A stretch of DNA of 64,000 nucleotides from Candidatus Latescibacterota bacterium (GTDB lineage Bacteria > Krumholzibacteriota > Krumholzibacteriia > WVZY01), in NCBI GenBank assembly GCA_963791045.1, contig CAWBQK010000006.1, positions 288,001 to 352,000 of the forward strand. The letters are read 5' to 3'. The position numbers were made by a program, and so were the translations under genes. The notes beneath the pieces were generated by a model. That model made no database searches and was not told the origin of the DNA. It was given only the letters and a program-made list of their open reading frames with translations. Every line of letters starts with the position of its first letter. The first letter of the stretch is position 1. Shown here piece by piece: positions 9,250 to 20,224 of this stretch.

Positions 9250-10959
9250 CTAGTAGCCGGCGGCGTGGCCGTCTTTGCGTGACTCCGATGCGGCGAAATA
9301 GACCTTGTTGACGGGGTCGTAGAGGATCGCCTGATATCCCCCGAAGCCGCCTTCGCTGTGCGCCACACGGTGACCCATCTTCTGGAGATCGCGGATCACT
9401 TCCTGCGAGAATCCGCTTTCGAGATACACTGTGCCTCCGGTCGTCATTCGTTGCCCCGTGGGCTGCGACGATCCGCCGTGGCGGATGCGCGGCGCGTCAC
9501 CCGCTTCCTGCAGAGACATTCCAAAGTCGATCAGATTGACGATGATTTGCGCGTGACCCTGCGGCTGCATCGATCCGCCCATCACGCCGAAGCTCATCAA
9601 CGGTTTGCCGTCCTTCGTCACGAAGGCGGGGATGATTGTGTGAAACGGCCGCTTCTTGGGTTCGTACGTGTTGAACCGTCCCGGCTCAAGGTCGAAGAGT
9701 TCGCCGCGGTCCTGAAAAATAAAGCCCAGGTTGTCGGGGGACAAACCGCAGCCCATGCCGCGGTAGTTGCTCTGGATGAGCGAGACCATGTTGCCATCCT
9801 TGTCGGCGACGGTCAGATAAATTGTGTCTCCGGCGTCGAGGGCGGGGTTTCCCGCATCGTAGCGTCTTGCCGCACGATCGGGTGAGATGAGTTTTCGGCG
9901 CTCGGCCGCGTAAGGTTTGGAGACGAGTGCATCAACGGGGATGTTGTTGAATTCGGGGTCCGCATAAAACTTCGCCCTGTCTTCGAAGGCAAGTTTCTTG
10001 GCCTCGACAAACGCGTGTACATATTCGAGCGACCCGAAACCCATCGACGCGACGTCATATCCTTCCAGAATATTCAGGATCTGAAGCGCCGCGATTCCCT
10101 GCCCGTTTGGCGGAAGCTCCCAGACATCGTGACCGCGGTAGTTTGCCGACACCGGTTCGACCCATGTGGACGTGTGGGAAGCAAGGTCTTCGTACGAGAG
10201 ATACCCGCCCTGCTCTTTCATAAACCGGTCGATTGTCTTTGCGATGCGGCCCTTGTAAAACACGTCGCGCCCCTCTTTGGCGAGAGCTTCGTACGTGTCC
10301 GCGAGCTTGGGGTTCTTGAAGATTTCGCCTTTTTGCGGCGCTCGCCCGCCGGGCATGAACGTTTCCTTGAACCCGGCATACTCTTCGAGAAGCGGAACGC
10401 TCAGTCCCCAGTAATACGCAATGAGTTCCGTCACCGGAAAACCATCCCGCGCATAACCAATCGCGGGTTCGAGCACGTCCTTCATGGGCAGGCTGCCGAA
10501 ACGGTCATGAAGCTCGAACCACCCGTCAACACAACCCGGCACGGTGACGGGGAGTGGGCCGCGCGGGGGAATCCTGTCGAGTCCCGCATCTTTGAACACA
10601 TCGAGTGTTAGCGATGCCGGCGATCGCCCGCTGGCATTGAGGCCGTAGAGTTTTTTCGTCTTCGAATCCCAGACGATGGCGAACAGGTCGCCGCCGATCC
10701 CGGAGCCTGTTGGTTCCATCAGTCCGAGCGCCGCGTTGGCCGCGATCGCCGCGTCGACGGCATTTCCGCCGTGTTTGAGTACGCTTATCGCTATCTGTGT
10801 GGCGAGCGGATGGCTCGTGGCCGCCGCCCCGTGTGGGGCTATCACTTCGGATCTTGTCGCAAAAGCGCGGCCCGTCAACCGGTCCTGCGCCGCCGCGGAC
10901 ACCGCAACCATTAGCAGAATAACAAGAAGCATCGTCATTTGACGCGGGTGCGAGATCAT
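9250..10959 (-). CDS. ggt: Gamma-glutamyltransferase
   Basis: Signal peptide, GGNAVDAAIA, SGIGGD, autoprocessing site GD|TIYLTVAD, KRPFHTIIP, GVMGG motifs; GGAGG RBS. Confidence 0.95.
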   Translation of the reverse strand: MISHPRQMTMLLVILLMVAVSAAAQDRLTGRAFATRSEVIAPHGAAATSHPLATQIAISVLKHGGNAVDAAIAANAALGLMEPTGSGIGGDLFAIVWDSKTKKLYGLNASGRSPASLTLDVFKDAGLDRIPPRGPLPVTVPGCVDGWFELHDRFGSLPMKDVLEPAIGYARDGFPVTELIAYYWGLSVPLLEEYAGFKETFMPGGRAPQKGEIFKNPKLADTYEALAKEGRDVFYKGRIAKTIDRFMKEQGGYLSYEDLASHTSTWVEPVSANYRGHDVWELPPNGQGIAALQILNILEGYDVASMGFGSLEYVHAFVEAKKLAFEDRAKFYADPEFNNIPVDALVSKPYAAERRKLISPDRAARRYDAGNPALDAGDTIYLTVADKDGNMVSLIQSNYRGMGCGLSPDNLGFIFQDRGELFDLEPGRFNTYEPKKRPFHTIIPAFVTKDGKPLMSFGVMGGSMQPQGHAQIIVNLIDFGMSLQEAGDAPRIRHGGSSQPTGQRMTTGGTVYLESGFSQEVIRDLQKMGHRVAHSEGGFGGYQAILYDPVNKVYFAASESRKDGHAAGY

Positions 10960-11320
10960 AGTGTCCTCCGTGGCTTGGGCAACTGGCGGTTAAGGCTTGT
11001 CATTGAGTCATTAATTGTATAGACTACAGTTAGGTGCAACGCATTCTAGATTACGGAAAATCTCATGTCAACGCCCGTGCCAGAGGGCTCCTGTGACGGG
11101 ATTTTAGTGATCGTTGGGGGGATCGCCTGCTCTCATAAGTGATGTCGAGTCACGACGTGTGTCTATTTTGCATACGTTCCAGCCGTGTATTGTTAGCAGG
11201 TGCGAGGATATCCCCATTTGCATAGCGTAGTAAAGCCACGACTTGGACTAATTTTGGCGATGTCGTGCGGGTGAGCCATCCATCATGGCGGCCTGCGTAA
11301 TCATGGAGAGGAGAGTCCAC

Positions 11321-12217
11321 ATGGCCGAATATGCGGATTCCCAAGTGCTCGTGTCCACAAATTGGGTCGAGGAAAACAGGAACGATCCGAATGTCACGAT
11401 CGTTGAAATCGACGAAACCGTGGAAGTCTACAACGAAGGCCACATCCCAGGCGCGATTTCATGGAATTGGCAGGTAGACCTGGCGGACAGGACACGGCGG
11501 GATATTCTTGGGCCATCGGATCTGGAAGAACTCCTGTCGAGGTGCGGGATTTCCAACACCACAACCGTGGTGCTTTACGGGGATCGGAGCAACTGGTACG
11601 CAGCATGGGGTTTCTGGCAGCTCAAAATTTATGGACACAGGGATGTTCGTATTCTCAACGGCGGACGCGAAAAGTGGATCGCGGAAGGTCGCAAACTCGT
11701 GCGGGCCATTCCGGAACCGGAGCCGACGACATACCGCTCGAGGACGCTCAACCAGGAACTGCGGGCGTTTCTCCCACACGTGAAACTGGCCGTCAAGGGG
11801 TCGGGTTTTGCGATCGTCGACGTCCGGTCGCCCGATGAGTTTACGGGACGGCTCGTAGTCCCGCGTGAAACGCCGCAGATCGCCCAGCGAAAGGGGCACA
11901 TTCCCGGGGCAAAAAGCATCCCCTGGGATGATGTCTGCGAACGCGACGGGACGTTCAAAGAGCCGAGGGAATTGCGGGAGCTGTTCGAATCAAAAAGCGT
12001 TACCGCCGACAAAGAGGTTATCGTCTACAGCCGGATCGGCGAGCGATCGAGTCACACCTGGTTTGTGCTCAAACACCTTCTCGGATATCCCGTCGTCAAG
12101 AACTACGACGGATCATGGGCCGAATGGGGAAATCTCGTGGGTGTGGCGATTGAGATGGGTGACGAGAAACCACCGCGTTTTGCCAGGATCGGAAGCGACG
12201 CCCTGGGTCACAAATAG
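11321..12217 (+). CDS. Tandem-domain rhodanese/sulfurtransferase (SseA/CysA type) with Ser at the catalytic Cys position
   Basis: GHIPGA twice, DVRSPDEF, YDGSWAEWG; the active loop reads YSRIGERSSHTWF where the family has YCRIGERS. Confidence 0.9.
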   Translation: MAEYADSQVLVSTNWVEENRNDPNVTIVEIDETVEVYNEGHIPGAISWNWQVDLADRTRRDILGPSDLEELLSRCGISNTTTVVLYGDRSNWYAAWGFWQLKIYGHRDVRILNGGREKWIAEGRKLVRAIPEPEPTTYRSRTLNQELRAFLPHVKLAVKGSGFAIVDVRSPDEFTGRLVVPRETPQIAQRKGHIPGAKSIPWDDVCERDGTFKEPRELRELFESKSVTADKEVIVYSRIGERSSHTWFVLKHLLGYPVVKNYDGSWAEWGNLVGVAIEMGDEKPPRFARIGSDALGHK

Positions 12218-12301
12218 CCGCGGCGGAGCCGCAGCCAATATGTCGATCTGGAGAATTTGTCGGCGTACGCCCTTTACCATAATTGGATATTGATACGTTA
12301 C

Positions 12302-12331
12302 GGCCGGGAGTTCGAACTCCGGTCTTTTTTT
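12302..12331 (+). terminator. Probable intrinsic terminator after the sulfurtransferase
   Basis: GGCCGGGAGTTCGAACTCCGGTC hairpin followed by a T-run. Confidence 0.7.
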
Positions 12332-12485
12332 GTGTCGTAACCCCGGCCGGTCGGGTGCATCTCGCTATTGATTGGGCGGGCCGGATGGTGGATACTCTTG
12401 GCCCCGCAGTCGCGGCGAGGTTCGAGCCTGCGGTTTGATCGCCGGAGTTTCCTGGGGAACGGTAATCCAAAAAAGGGGAAATAAC

Positions 12486-14498
12486 TTGGCTTCACTGGTC
12501 GACCAGAAGTGTATCAACACGATCCGGTTTCTTGCGGTCGATGCGATTGAAAAGGCCCGTTCGGGGCATCCGGGGATGCCGCTCGGCGCGGCGCCGATGG
12601 CGTATACGGTGTGGGACCGATTTCTAAACCACAATCCCGCGAATCCCGATTGGTTCGACAGGGATCGTTTTGTTCTATCGGCGGGACATGGCTCGGCGCT
12701 TCTTTATGCGCTGCTTCATTTGTACGGGTACGATGTTTCGCTCGATGACATCAAAAACTTTCGCCAGTGGCAAAGCAAGACTCCCGGGCATCCGGAATAT
12801 GGGCTGACACCAGGTGTTGAAGTGACGACGGGTCCATTGGGGCAGGGTTTCGCGATGGGTGTGGGAATGGCGGTTGCCGAACGGCGTCTCGCGGGTCTCT
12901 ATAATCCGCCGAATGACGATGCCTCGCGGGTCGTGGATCATTTTACCTATGCGATCGTTTCGGACGGCGATCTCATGGAGGGTGTCGCGTCGGAGGCCGC
13001 GTCGCTCTCTGGTCACCTCGGATTGGGCAAACTCATATATCTTTATGACGACAATCAAATCACGATCGACGGTGGAACCGACCTTTCGTTTACCGAAGAT
13101 GTCGGCGCCAGGTTTTCCGCCTACGGCTGGCAAGTGCAAACCGTTGATGACGGGAATGACATCGACGGGATTGAAGCGGCCATTCGCAACGCCAAGGCAG
13201 ACACCGCCCGCCCCTCACTGATCTGTGTGAAGACGCACATCGGGTACGGAAGTCCGAAGCAGGACTCATCGTCCGCCCACGGCGAACCTCTGGGTAAGGA
13301 AGCCTGTTTGGAGACAAAGAAAACGCTCGGGTGGCCGACGGATGGGTCGTTTCTCGTCCCGGAAGAAGCGGCGGATCATTTTGGTTGCGCCGGCGCCCGC
13401 GGTAGGGATCTCGAGGCGGAATGGTCGAAGCGGCTCTCCAGTTATCGTGAGCAACATTCCGAAAAAGCACACGAGTTTGAACGCGCAATTCGCGGAGAGC
13501 TCCCCGAAGGGTGGGAGCGCGCCCTCCCCGTGTTTGAAGCCGATTCGCCGGCGATGGCAACCCGCGCCGCTTCGGGCAAGGTGTTGGGCGCGCTTTCGAA
13601 AGTGATTCCTGGTCTCGTCGGCGGATCGGCCGACCTGGCGCCGTCGAACAAGACGTTTCTCAGCGATTATCCGGTGTTTTCAAGGGTGGAGGCGACCGGA
13701 CGTAATTTCCATTTCGGCGTCCGCGAGCACGCGATGGCCGCGCTAGTCAATGGAATAGCTATCCACGGCGGAATGATTCCTTATTGCGGGACATTTCTTG
13801 TTTTCTCGGATTACATGAGACCCTCCATAAGACTTGCCGCGCTCATGCAATCACCGTCGATTTTTGTCTTTACTCATGATAGTCTTGCCGTTGGGGAGGA
13901 CGGTCCGACGCATCAGCCCGTCGAACAACTTATGAGTCTCCGGTTGATCCCGGGGCTCACCGTGATTCGGCCGGCCGACGCAAACGAGACCGCCGCCGCC
14001 TGGCGGGTGGCGATCGAATCTCGCGGACCTGTGGCGCTGGTGTTTACGCGCCAGAACCTGTCCGTCCTTGACCCCGAACTGTACGATTCGGCGGCCGGCA
14101 CGGCCTGCGGGGCGTATGTTCTTTCCGACCCCCAAAAAGGCCGCGCAGGTGTTATACTGATCGCCAGTGGTTCAGAGGTATCACTGGCGCTCGACGCCAG
14201 TCGAGTACTCGGCGAGAAGGGAATTGACGCGCGAGTCGTGTCGATGCCTTCATGGGAATTATTTGCGGAACAACCCCGTGATTACCGGGAGGGCGTTCTT
14301 CCCGCGGACATCCCAAAACTCGCAATCGAAGCGGGATCAACACTGGGGTGGCGTGATCATGTAGGGGACAGTGGTGATGTGGTTGGGCTGGACCGGTTTG
14401 GCGCTTCGGCGCCCGGCCCGGTTGCGATGAAGAATCTTGGGTTCGATGTCGACCGCGTCGTTGACAAAGCGTCGAACCTGGTATACAAAAAACGCTGA
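12486..14498 (+). CDS. tkt: Transketolase
   Basis: [59 protein letters not shown] start after AAGGGG. Confidence 0.97.
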   Translation: MASLVDQKCINTIRFLAVDAIEKARSGHPGMPLGAAPMAYTVWDRFLNHNPANPDWFDRDRFVLSAGHGSALLYALLHLYGYDVSLDDIKNFRQWQSKTPGHPEYGLTPGVEVTTGPLGQGFAMGVGMAVAERRLAGLYNPPNDDASRVVDHFTYAIVSDGDLMEGVASEAASLSGHLGLGKLIYLYDDNQITIDGGTDLSFTEDVGARFSAYGWQVQTVDDGNDIDGIEAAIRNAKADTARPSLICVKTHIGYGSPKQDSSSAHGEPLGKEACLETKKTLGWPTDGSFLVPEEAADHFGCAGARGRDLEAEWSKRLSSYREQHSEKAHEFERAIRGELPEGWERALPVFEADSPAMATRAASGKVLGALSKVIPGLVGGSADLAPSNKTFLSDYPVFSRVEATGRNFHFGVREHAMAALVNGIAIHGGMIPYCGTFLVFSDYMRPSIRLAALMQSPSIFVFTHDSLAVGEDGPTHQPVEQLMSLRLIPGLTVIRPADANETAAAWRVAIESRGPVALVFTRQNLSVLDPELYDSAAGTACGAYVLSDPQKGRAGVILIASGSEVSLALDASRVLGEKGIDARVVSMPSWELFAEQPRDYREGVLPADIPKLAIEAGSTLGWRDHVGDSGDVVGLDRFGASAPGPVAMKNLGFDVDRVVDKASNLVYKKR

Positions 14499-14561
14499 GA
14501 TTTCGGAGATCCGAAGCTGCATCAAGAGGCGAAGTAACAGTCCGAAAGAAAGGATTTCTTG

Positions 14562-15665
14562 ATGAACCCCCTCAAACGACTCTACGAAGAGGGTCAATCG
14601 GTATGGCTCGATTTTATTCGAAGAAACTTGATCACGAGCGGAGATCTCAACCGTCTGATCGATGAAGACGGTGTCCGGGGGATGACGAGCAATCCGACGA
14701 TATTTCAGAAAGCTATCGCCGGCAGCGCCGATTATGATGAAAGCCTCGAAAAGGCCCTGGCGGCGAACCCGAACACTGAAATTAAGGACCTTTACGAGAC
14801 GCTGGCGATCGAAGATATCAAAAGCGCGGCGGATGTTCTGCGTCCAATCTACGATGAAAGCAAAGGGGCCGACGGTTATGTAAGCCTCGAAGTATCGCCG
14901 ACGCTGGCCGATGATACCGAGGGAACGATCGAGGAAGCGATCCGGCTTTGGAAAACCGTGGACTGCCCGAACGTCATGATCAAAGTACCGGCGACAGAAG
15001 CCGGGGTGCCGGCGCTCGAAGCGCTCATCGCAAAAGGCGTCAATGTGAACGCCACTCTCATGTTTTCGATGAAACACTACGAGGCAATTGCGCAGGCATA
15101 CGTAAGAGGCCTCAAGCAGTGCGAGCAGCCCGACCGCGTGGCTTCGGTCGCATCGTTCTTTGTGAGCCGTGTCGACAATGCCGTCGACAAGACACTCAAT
15201 GAAATCGGTTCGCCCGAGGCCCTTGAACTTCGCGGGAAGGCGGCGATTGCAAATACAAAACTTACCTACAAACGGTTCTCCGAAATTTTCGGGAGCGATG
15301 AGTTCAAAGCGCTGGCCGCGCGAGGGGCTCGTGTTCAGCGACCGCTTTGGGCGAGCACGTCCACCAAAAATCCCGACTACCGGGATGTCCTCTACGTCGA
15401 AGACCTGATTGGCCCCGATACCGTCAATACCCTTCCGCCGGCGACGATGGACGCGTTCCGCGATCACGGGATTGTTGATTCCACTCTCACCAGGGATGTC
15501 GAAGCCGCCGAGGATTGCCTCGCAAAGCTCGGCAACCTCGGGATTGATCTGATTGCGGTGACGGATAAGCTGCAGGTGGACGGTGTGATTTCTTTTGCCA
15601 AGTCATTCGATGAGCTTCTGGAAGCGCTCGCGCAAAAGAAAACGGGACTTTCTTCGGACGCGTGA
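14562..15665 (+). CDS. tal: Transaldolase (long type)
   Basis: GQSVWLD, TSNPTIF, VSLEVSP, MIKVPAT (Schiff-base Lys), ASFFVSRVD, LWASTSTK. Confidence 0.95.
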   Translation: MNPLKRLYEEGQSVWLDFIRRNLITSGDLNRLIDEDGVRGMTSNPTIFQKAIAGSADYDESLEKALAANPNTEIKDLYETLAIEDIKSAADVLRPIYDESKGADGYVSLEVSPTLADDTEGTIEEAIRLWKTVDCPNVMIKVPATEAGVPALEALIAKGVNVNATLMFSMKHYEAIAQAYVRGLKQCEQPDRVASVASFFVSRVDNAVDKTLNEIGSPEALELRGKAAIANTKLTYKRFSEIFGSDEFKALAARGARVQRPLWASTSTKNPDYRDVLYVEDLIGPDTVNTLPPATMDAFRDHGIVDSTLTRDVEAAEDCLAKLGNLGIDLIAVTDKLQVDGVISFAKSFDELLEALAQKKTGLSSDA

Positions 15666-15791
15666 CACGACTGGATAAACGCAGGCCCGACCCGGCCGGA
15701 GATTTTATCGACAATAACTGGTCCAAAAAGACCGCAGCCAACTCAAAACAGTGGAAAAGAGTCATCCTTTCAATTCTTACAGGAGGCAAAA

Positions 15792-16715
15792 ATGACAGAC
15801 ACCGTTCAGAAAATCCTCAGTCACTATCAATCCGACAACCCGGGAACCCGCGCCAATCTCGTTCGGTTGCTTACGCACGGCCGACTTGCCGGTACGGGCA
15901 AGCTTGTCATCCTCCCCGTCGACCAGGGATTCGAACATGGACCGGCGAGAAGTTTTGCGGTAAACCCGGCCGGGTACGATCCGTTCTATCACGCCGAACT
16001 CGCTATCGATGCGGGTTGTAATGCCTACGCGGCGCCGCTTGGTTTTCTCGAAGCAGTTGCGGCCCGGTACGCCGGCGAGCTTCCGTTGATTCTCAAACTG
16101 AACAACCATGACAGCCTGAGCGCCGAGGATGATCCGATTCCGGCGCAAACAGGATCGGTCGCGGATGCGCTTCGTTTGGGTTGTGTGGGGATCGGCTTCA
16201 CGATTTACCCGGGTTCGGCGGCCTGGCGTGAAATGTACGAGCAGCTTCGCGAACTGGCGGAAGAGGCGAAAGCCTGCGGGCTGGCCGTCATCGTGTGGTC
16301 GTACCCGAGGGGAACGTCGTTGAGCAAGGAAGGCGAAACGGCGATCGATGTCGCAACCTACGCCGCGCAGATCGCCTGTCAAATGGGCGCCCACGTGGTT
16401 AAGGTTAAGCTCCCCAGCGATTACGTCGAACTTGGCGCCGCCAAAAAGGTTTACGAGTCGGAAAAAATTCCTGTCTCGACGCTCACCGAACGTGTGAAGC
16501 ACGTAATCCAGAGCGCGTTTGACGGACAAAGAATCGTGATCTTCTCGGGCGGAAGCAAGCAGTCCGACGAAGCGGTGTTTGACGAGATCCGCGCGATTCG
16601 TGACGGTGGCGGTTTTGGTTCGATCATCGGCCGGAACTCTTTCCAGCGCCCGCGTGATCATGCAATCAAGTTCCTCCACACCGTGATGGACATCTATTCG
16701 GGAGCCATCGACTAA
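15792..16715 (+). CDS. fbaB: Class I fructose-bisphosphate aldolase (DhnA/FbaB type)
   Basis: ILPVDQGFEHGP, WSYPRG, VKVKLP, FSGG, GSIIGRNSFQR; AGGAGG RBS. Confidence 0.93.
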   Translation: MTDTVQKILSHYQSDNPGTRANLVRLLTHGRLAGTGKLVILPVDQGFEHGPARSFAVNPAGYDPFYHAELAIDAGCNAYAAPLGFLEAVAARYAGELPLILKLNNHDSLSAEDDPIPAQTGSVADALRLGCVGIGFTIYPGSAAWREMYEQLRELAEEAKACGLAVIVWSYPRGTSLSKEGETAIDVATYAAQIACQMGAHVVKVKLPSDYVELGAAKKVYESEKIPVSTLTERVKHVIQSAFDGQRIVIFSGGSKQSDEAVFDEIRAIRDGGGFGSIIGRNSFQRPRDHAIKFLHTVMDIYSGAID

Positions 16716-16753
16716 CGGTTGAGCTCCCCGGTTGTGCGGGTGTGATTCTTCTT

Positions 16754-16820
16754 AAGCCCTCTCCGCAAGTTCTTGCGTCCAGCTCTCCAGCGGACGGCGG
16801 GAATGCGGAGAGGGCTTTTT
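16754..16820 (+). terminator. Long hairpin terminator after fbaB
   Basis: AAGCCCTCTCCGCA / TGCGGAGAGGGCTT perfect 14-bp stem, additional inner pairing, then a T-run. Confidence 0.75.
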
Positions 16821-16885
16821 GTATTGCCGCGGGGACCGGAATCGCCCCGTCGATATCACTCAAACCGCTCCCCATGAAACCCTGC

Positions 16886-16915
16886 TTGACAGGCGTGGCA
16901 CTCAATATCTAATGT
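16886..16915 (+). promoter_or_regulatory. Putative sigma70 promoter of the zf-TFIIB/lemA/htpX unit
   Basis: TTGACA-18 nt-TAATGT. Confidence 0.45.
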
Positions 16916-17007
16916 CTTGCCATAACTAAACATACACATCATTGAATATGGGAACGCCTGGGCGGGTAGTATTTTGACATACGCCCTCGGGCGAAAAGGA
17001 GACTTTC

Positions 17008-17409
17008 TTGAACTGCCCTTCATGTCACGAGCCGATGGTTGTCCTCGAGGTGGAACGCATCGAGATCGATCACTGTCTGTCGTGCAAAGGCGTGTGGCTG
17101 GACGGCGGAGAGCTTGAACTCATGCTTGAAACAGCGGCGAACAAAAATGAACTCATCGCCACGCTCGATGCCGCGGTGGAGGGCAAGGAAAAGAAGATCC
17201 GCTGCCCGATCTGCCGCAAGAAAATGGAAAAAACCAGTTTTGGGGTCGAAAACAAAATCATCCTCGATAAATGTCCTCGCAATGACGGGATTTGGTTCGA
17301 CGCCGGCGAGCTGAGTCGCGCGATGAGGATGGCGGAGTTCGAAGGCCGTCCCGTCTACGAGATTCTCAATGAAATATTTGGCGACAGGCAAAGAAACGAT
17401 TCAGAGTGA
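17008..17409 (+). CDS. Protein with two zf-TFIIB-type zinc ribbons
   Basis: Two repeats of CPxC...D-x-C...G-x-W-x-D-x-GEL; AGGAG RBS before a TTG start. Confidence 0.85.
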   Translation: MNCPSCHEPMVVLEVERIEIDHCLSCKGVWLDGGELELMLETAANKNELIATLDAAVEGKEKKIRCPICRKKMEKTSFGVENKIILDKCPRNDGIWFDAGELSRAMRMAEFEGRPVYEILNEIFGDRQRNDSE

Positions 17410-17451
17410 TAAACAGGTAACGTACGGCCCGGGAAAAAAAGGAGGCCCAGA

Positions 17452-18009
17452 ATGTTTGGATGGTTTTTGCTGATAGTGATCGTGGTGGCGGTCGCGTACT
17501 TTGTAGGAATCTACAACGCGCTCGTCCGGTTTGCGGAACCAGGTGAAGAATGCCTGGTCGCAGATCGACGTGCAGCTCAAGCGGCGGCACGATCTGATCC
17601 CCAATCTGGTCGAAACGGCCAAGGGGTACATGCAGCATGAGCGTGAGACGTTCGAAGAGATCACAAAGGCGAGAAGCCAGCGCGATGGGTGCCGGCACCG
17701 TCGGCGAAAAGGCGCAGGCAGAGGCGGGCTTGAGTGGGGCTCTCGGCCGCTTCATGCTTGTCGTGGAGAACTACCCGGACTTGAAGGCCAATGAGAACTT
17801 TCTGGCGCTGCAGGAAGAGCTTGACCTCGCACGGAGAACAAGATCGCGTTTTCACGCCAGAGCTACAACGACTCGGTGTCTGTTCTTCAACAACAAGATC
17901 CAGATGTTCCCGTCGAACATCATCGCGAACACATTCAACTTCACGGCAGGAAGAATTCTTCGAAATCGAAGAGCCGACCGAAAGGGAAACACCCAAAGTG
18001 AGTTTTTAG
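17452..18009 (+). CDS. lemA: LemA family protein (several apparent single-base insertions)
   Basis: Pieces in alternating frames reassemble LemA: N-terminal [84 protein letters not shown]. Confidence 0.85.
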
Positions 18010-18036
18010 ACAAGTAGTGAACAGGGGCGCACAGCC

Positions 18037-19497
18037 ATGATGTGGGAACTGATAAGCGCGAATCGAAAGAAGTCGCTGATTCTCTTTGCGGGGATGGCGC
18101 TGTTTCTTTCCGTTCTTGGCTATATGTCGGAACCGTTTTCATCGGTAGTGAAAACGGCGGCCTTTTCGGTCTCGCCATCGCGATAGGGATATGGCTGATG
18201 CTGACATTATCAGTGTGAGTTCGGGAGACGACATCATTCTCAAGATAAGCCGCGCGAGGGAATCACAAGGGACGTGAACCCCCAGTTGTTCAATGTGGTC
18301 GAAGAGATGAAGATCGCCGCCGCGCTTCCCGCGATGCCAAAGGTCTACATCATCGATGAAGCGTCTCCAAATGCTTTCGCCATCGGGATCAAACCGGAGA
18401 AAAGCGCCATCGCGGTTACCGCGGGCCTGCTGTCAAAGCTGAACCGCGACGAGCTGCAAGGGAGTTGATCGCCCACGAGATTTCCCATATATGAACCGGG
18501 ATTCGCAATTGATGACTGTTGCGGGGATCATGCTGGGAAGCATCGTTTTGCTTTCGCATTTTTTCCTGCGGAGCATGTGGTTCATGCCCTCATCGGCCGG
18601 CGGTACAGAAAGGGTGGGGACGGGGGCAGATCCTCAGCTCCAACTGGTGATGATCGTGATGACGATTCTCCTCGCGATTCTCGCCCCGATCTTCGCTCGT
18701 TTGATCTATCTGGCCGTTTCGAGAAAACGTGAATATCTTGCCGACGCAACCGCAGCTCAGCTTACGCGTTACCCGGAAGGGCTCGCGTCGGCGCTGGAGA
18801 AGATTTCGCATCGGCGGGAATCCCCCTGGAATCGGCCAACAAGGTTACGGCGCCGATGTTCATCGTCAGTCCGTTTCATGCAGAAAGAGATGAAGCTCTC
18901 CAGCATGAGCAGCACGCATCCGTCGGCACAAGAGCGTATCAAGATCCTCAGAAATATGGCCGGCCGCGCCGATTATCGGAGCTATCAGCGAGCGTTCGCC
19001 AAGATAAAAGGCACGCCCGCAGCGATGATCCCTTCGTCGGGGATTCGGGAAACCAAACGGGTGGATGCGCGCGGTACCGTAGGCCGGCGATCCGCACAAG
19101 GAGCAGGAAACAAGTCCGCGCGTGACGTCATGGATCTGATGCGCGCGGTGAACGGTTACGCGTTTCTCGTCTGTGCTTGCGGGCTCAAAATCAAGGTCCC
19201 GCCGGATTTCGACAAGAAATCATTGGAATGCCCCAAATGTGGGCGGGAGAACGAGATGCCCGTGGCCGAAATGGCCGCGATGGGCGCCGTCGCTGATGCC
19301 GTCGCGGGCGCCGAAGAAGGGGCCCGGAAGGGCGGGGCGGCAGCGAAAGATCTCCGCCGGGCGCTATGAGTACATCCGCAAAGGCACCGGATGGGAGTCG
19401 TTCGCATGTCCGTGCGGCAATCTCCTCCAACTCTCGCCGGCTTTTAGGGACGGTGCTTGCCTGCCGGCACTGCCGGCGGATCACCACAATAAAATAG
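18037..19497 (+). CDS. htpX: HtpX-like M48 zinc metalloprotease with two C-terminal zinc ribbons (several apparent frameshifts)
   Basis: MWELISANRKKS, NVVEEMKIAA, PNAFA, VTAGLL..LNRDELQGVIAHEISH, SRKREYLADA, LASALEKI, STHP..ERI; C-terminal CACG..CPKCG and CPCG..CRHC; end approximate. Confidence 0.8.
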
Positions 19498-19581
19498 TAG
19501 ACGCCCCCCTCGATTCGCTTAACTAGTACTGTCGATCGAACAAATCGTCCACGACAACCCAGACAAAAGGAGGGAGCGAAC

Positions 19582-20049
19582 GTGTTTCGTACCTTGGTCA
19601 TTGGATATTGGCATTAATGGTCATCGCGGGAAGCGCCGCGGCGCAGGGCAATTTCGGTTTGGGAATTATTGTAGGAGAGCCCACCGGTTGTCCGGCAAAC
19701 TCTGGGTGTCCGAGAGAACGGCAATTCGATGGCGCAGCGGCCTGGTCGTTTAGCGATGAGGCGGCCCTTCACCTCCACGCGGATTATCTCTTTCACGATT
19801 TTGGCTTGATCGATGTCGAAAAGGGAAAGCTCCCCGTGTATTTCGGTATTGGCGCGCCGGGTGAAATTCGAGAGTAAAAGCAAATTTGGCGTGAGGGTCC
19901 CAGTGGGTCTCGCGTACGTGCTGCAGGACGCGCCCATCGATTTCTTTTTTGAACTGGTGCCTTTGCTCGATCTGATACCCGATACCGATTTTGCGTTCAA
20001 CGCGGCAATCGGCGCCCGTTATTTCTTTGGAGGCGGCGGATCGGAGTAG
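19582..20049 (+). CDS. Small outer-membrane beta-barrel protein (DUF3996-like; apparent frameshifts)
   Basis: GGAGG RBS; FGLGIIVGEPTG, HLHADYL, GVRVPVGL, DFFFELVP, IGARYFF in successive frames. Confidence 0.7.
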
Positions 20050-20224
20050 CCGACCCGCGGTGGTTTCCGGGTACGCATTCGCGGCGGCCCGCCGGGACGA
20101 CTATTGCCCCAAATAGTCTCCGGGAGCGCGGCAAACTTTTTGGCATTTAAAGCGGATTTGGTGTATTATTCTCTCTCCCGAGTTCTCAGCTCGGGCGAGT
20201 TTTTTCTATTTGGGAGGTCCGCGG

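Noticed and set aside
11254-11270. Sigma54 promoter before the sulfurtransferase (TGGCGA...TGC)
   Set aside because: The GG-to-GC spacing is one base short of the strict -24/-12 requirement.
16895-16923. CIRCE (HrcA) operator upstream of the htpX unit (GTGGCACTC...TTGCCA)
   Set aside because: Only the left half resembles TTAGCACTC; the right half does not match at the required 9-nt spacing.
18465-18470. Second selenocysteine codon (TGA in htpX)
   Set aside because: The TGA results from a frameshift (QG[G]VIAHE continues in another frame); it is not at a Cys position and no SECIS-like hairpin was seen.
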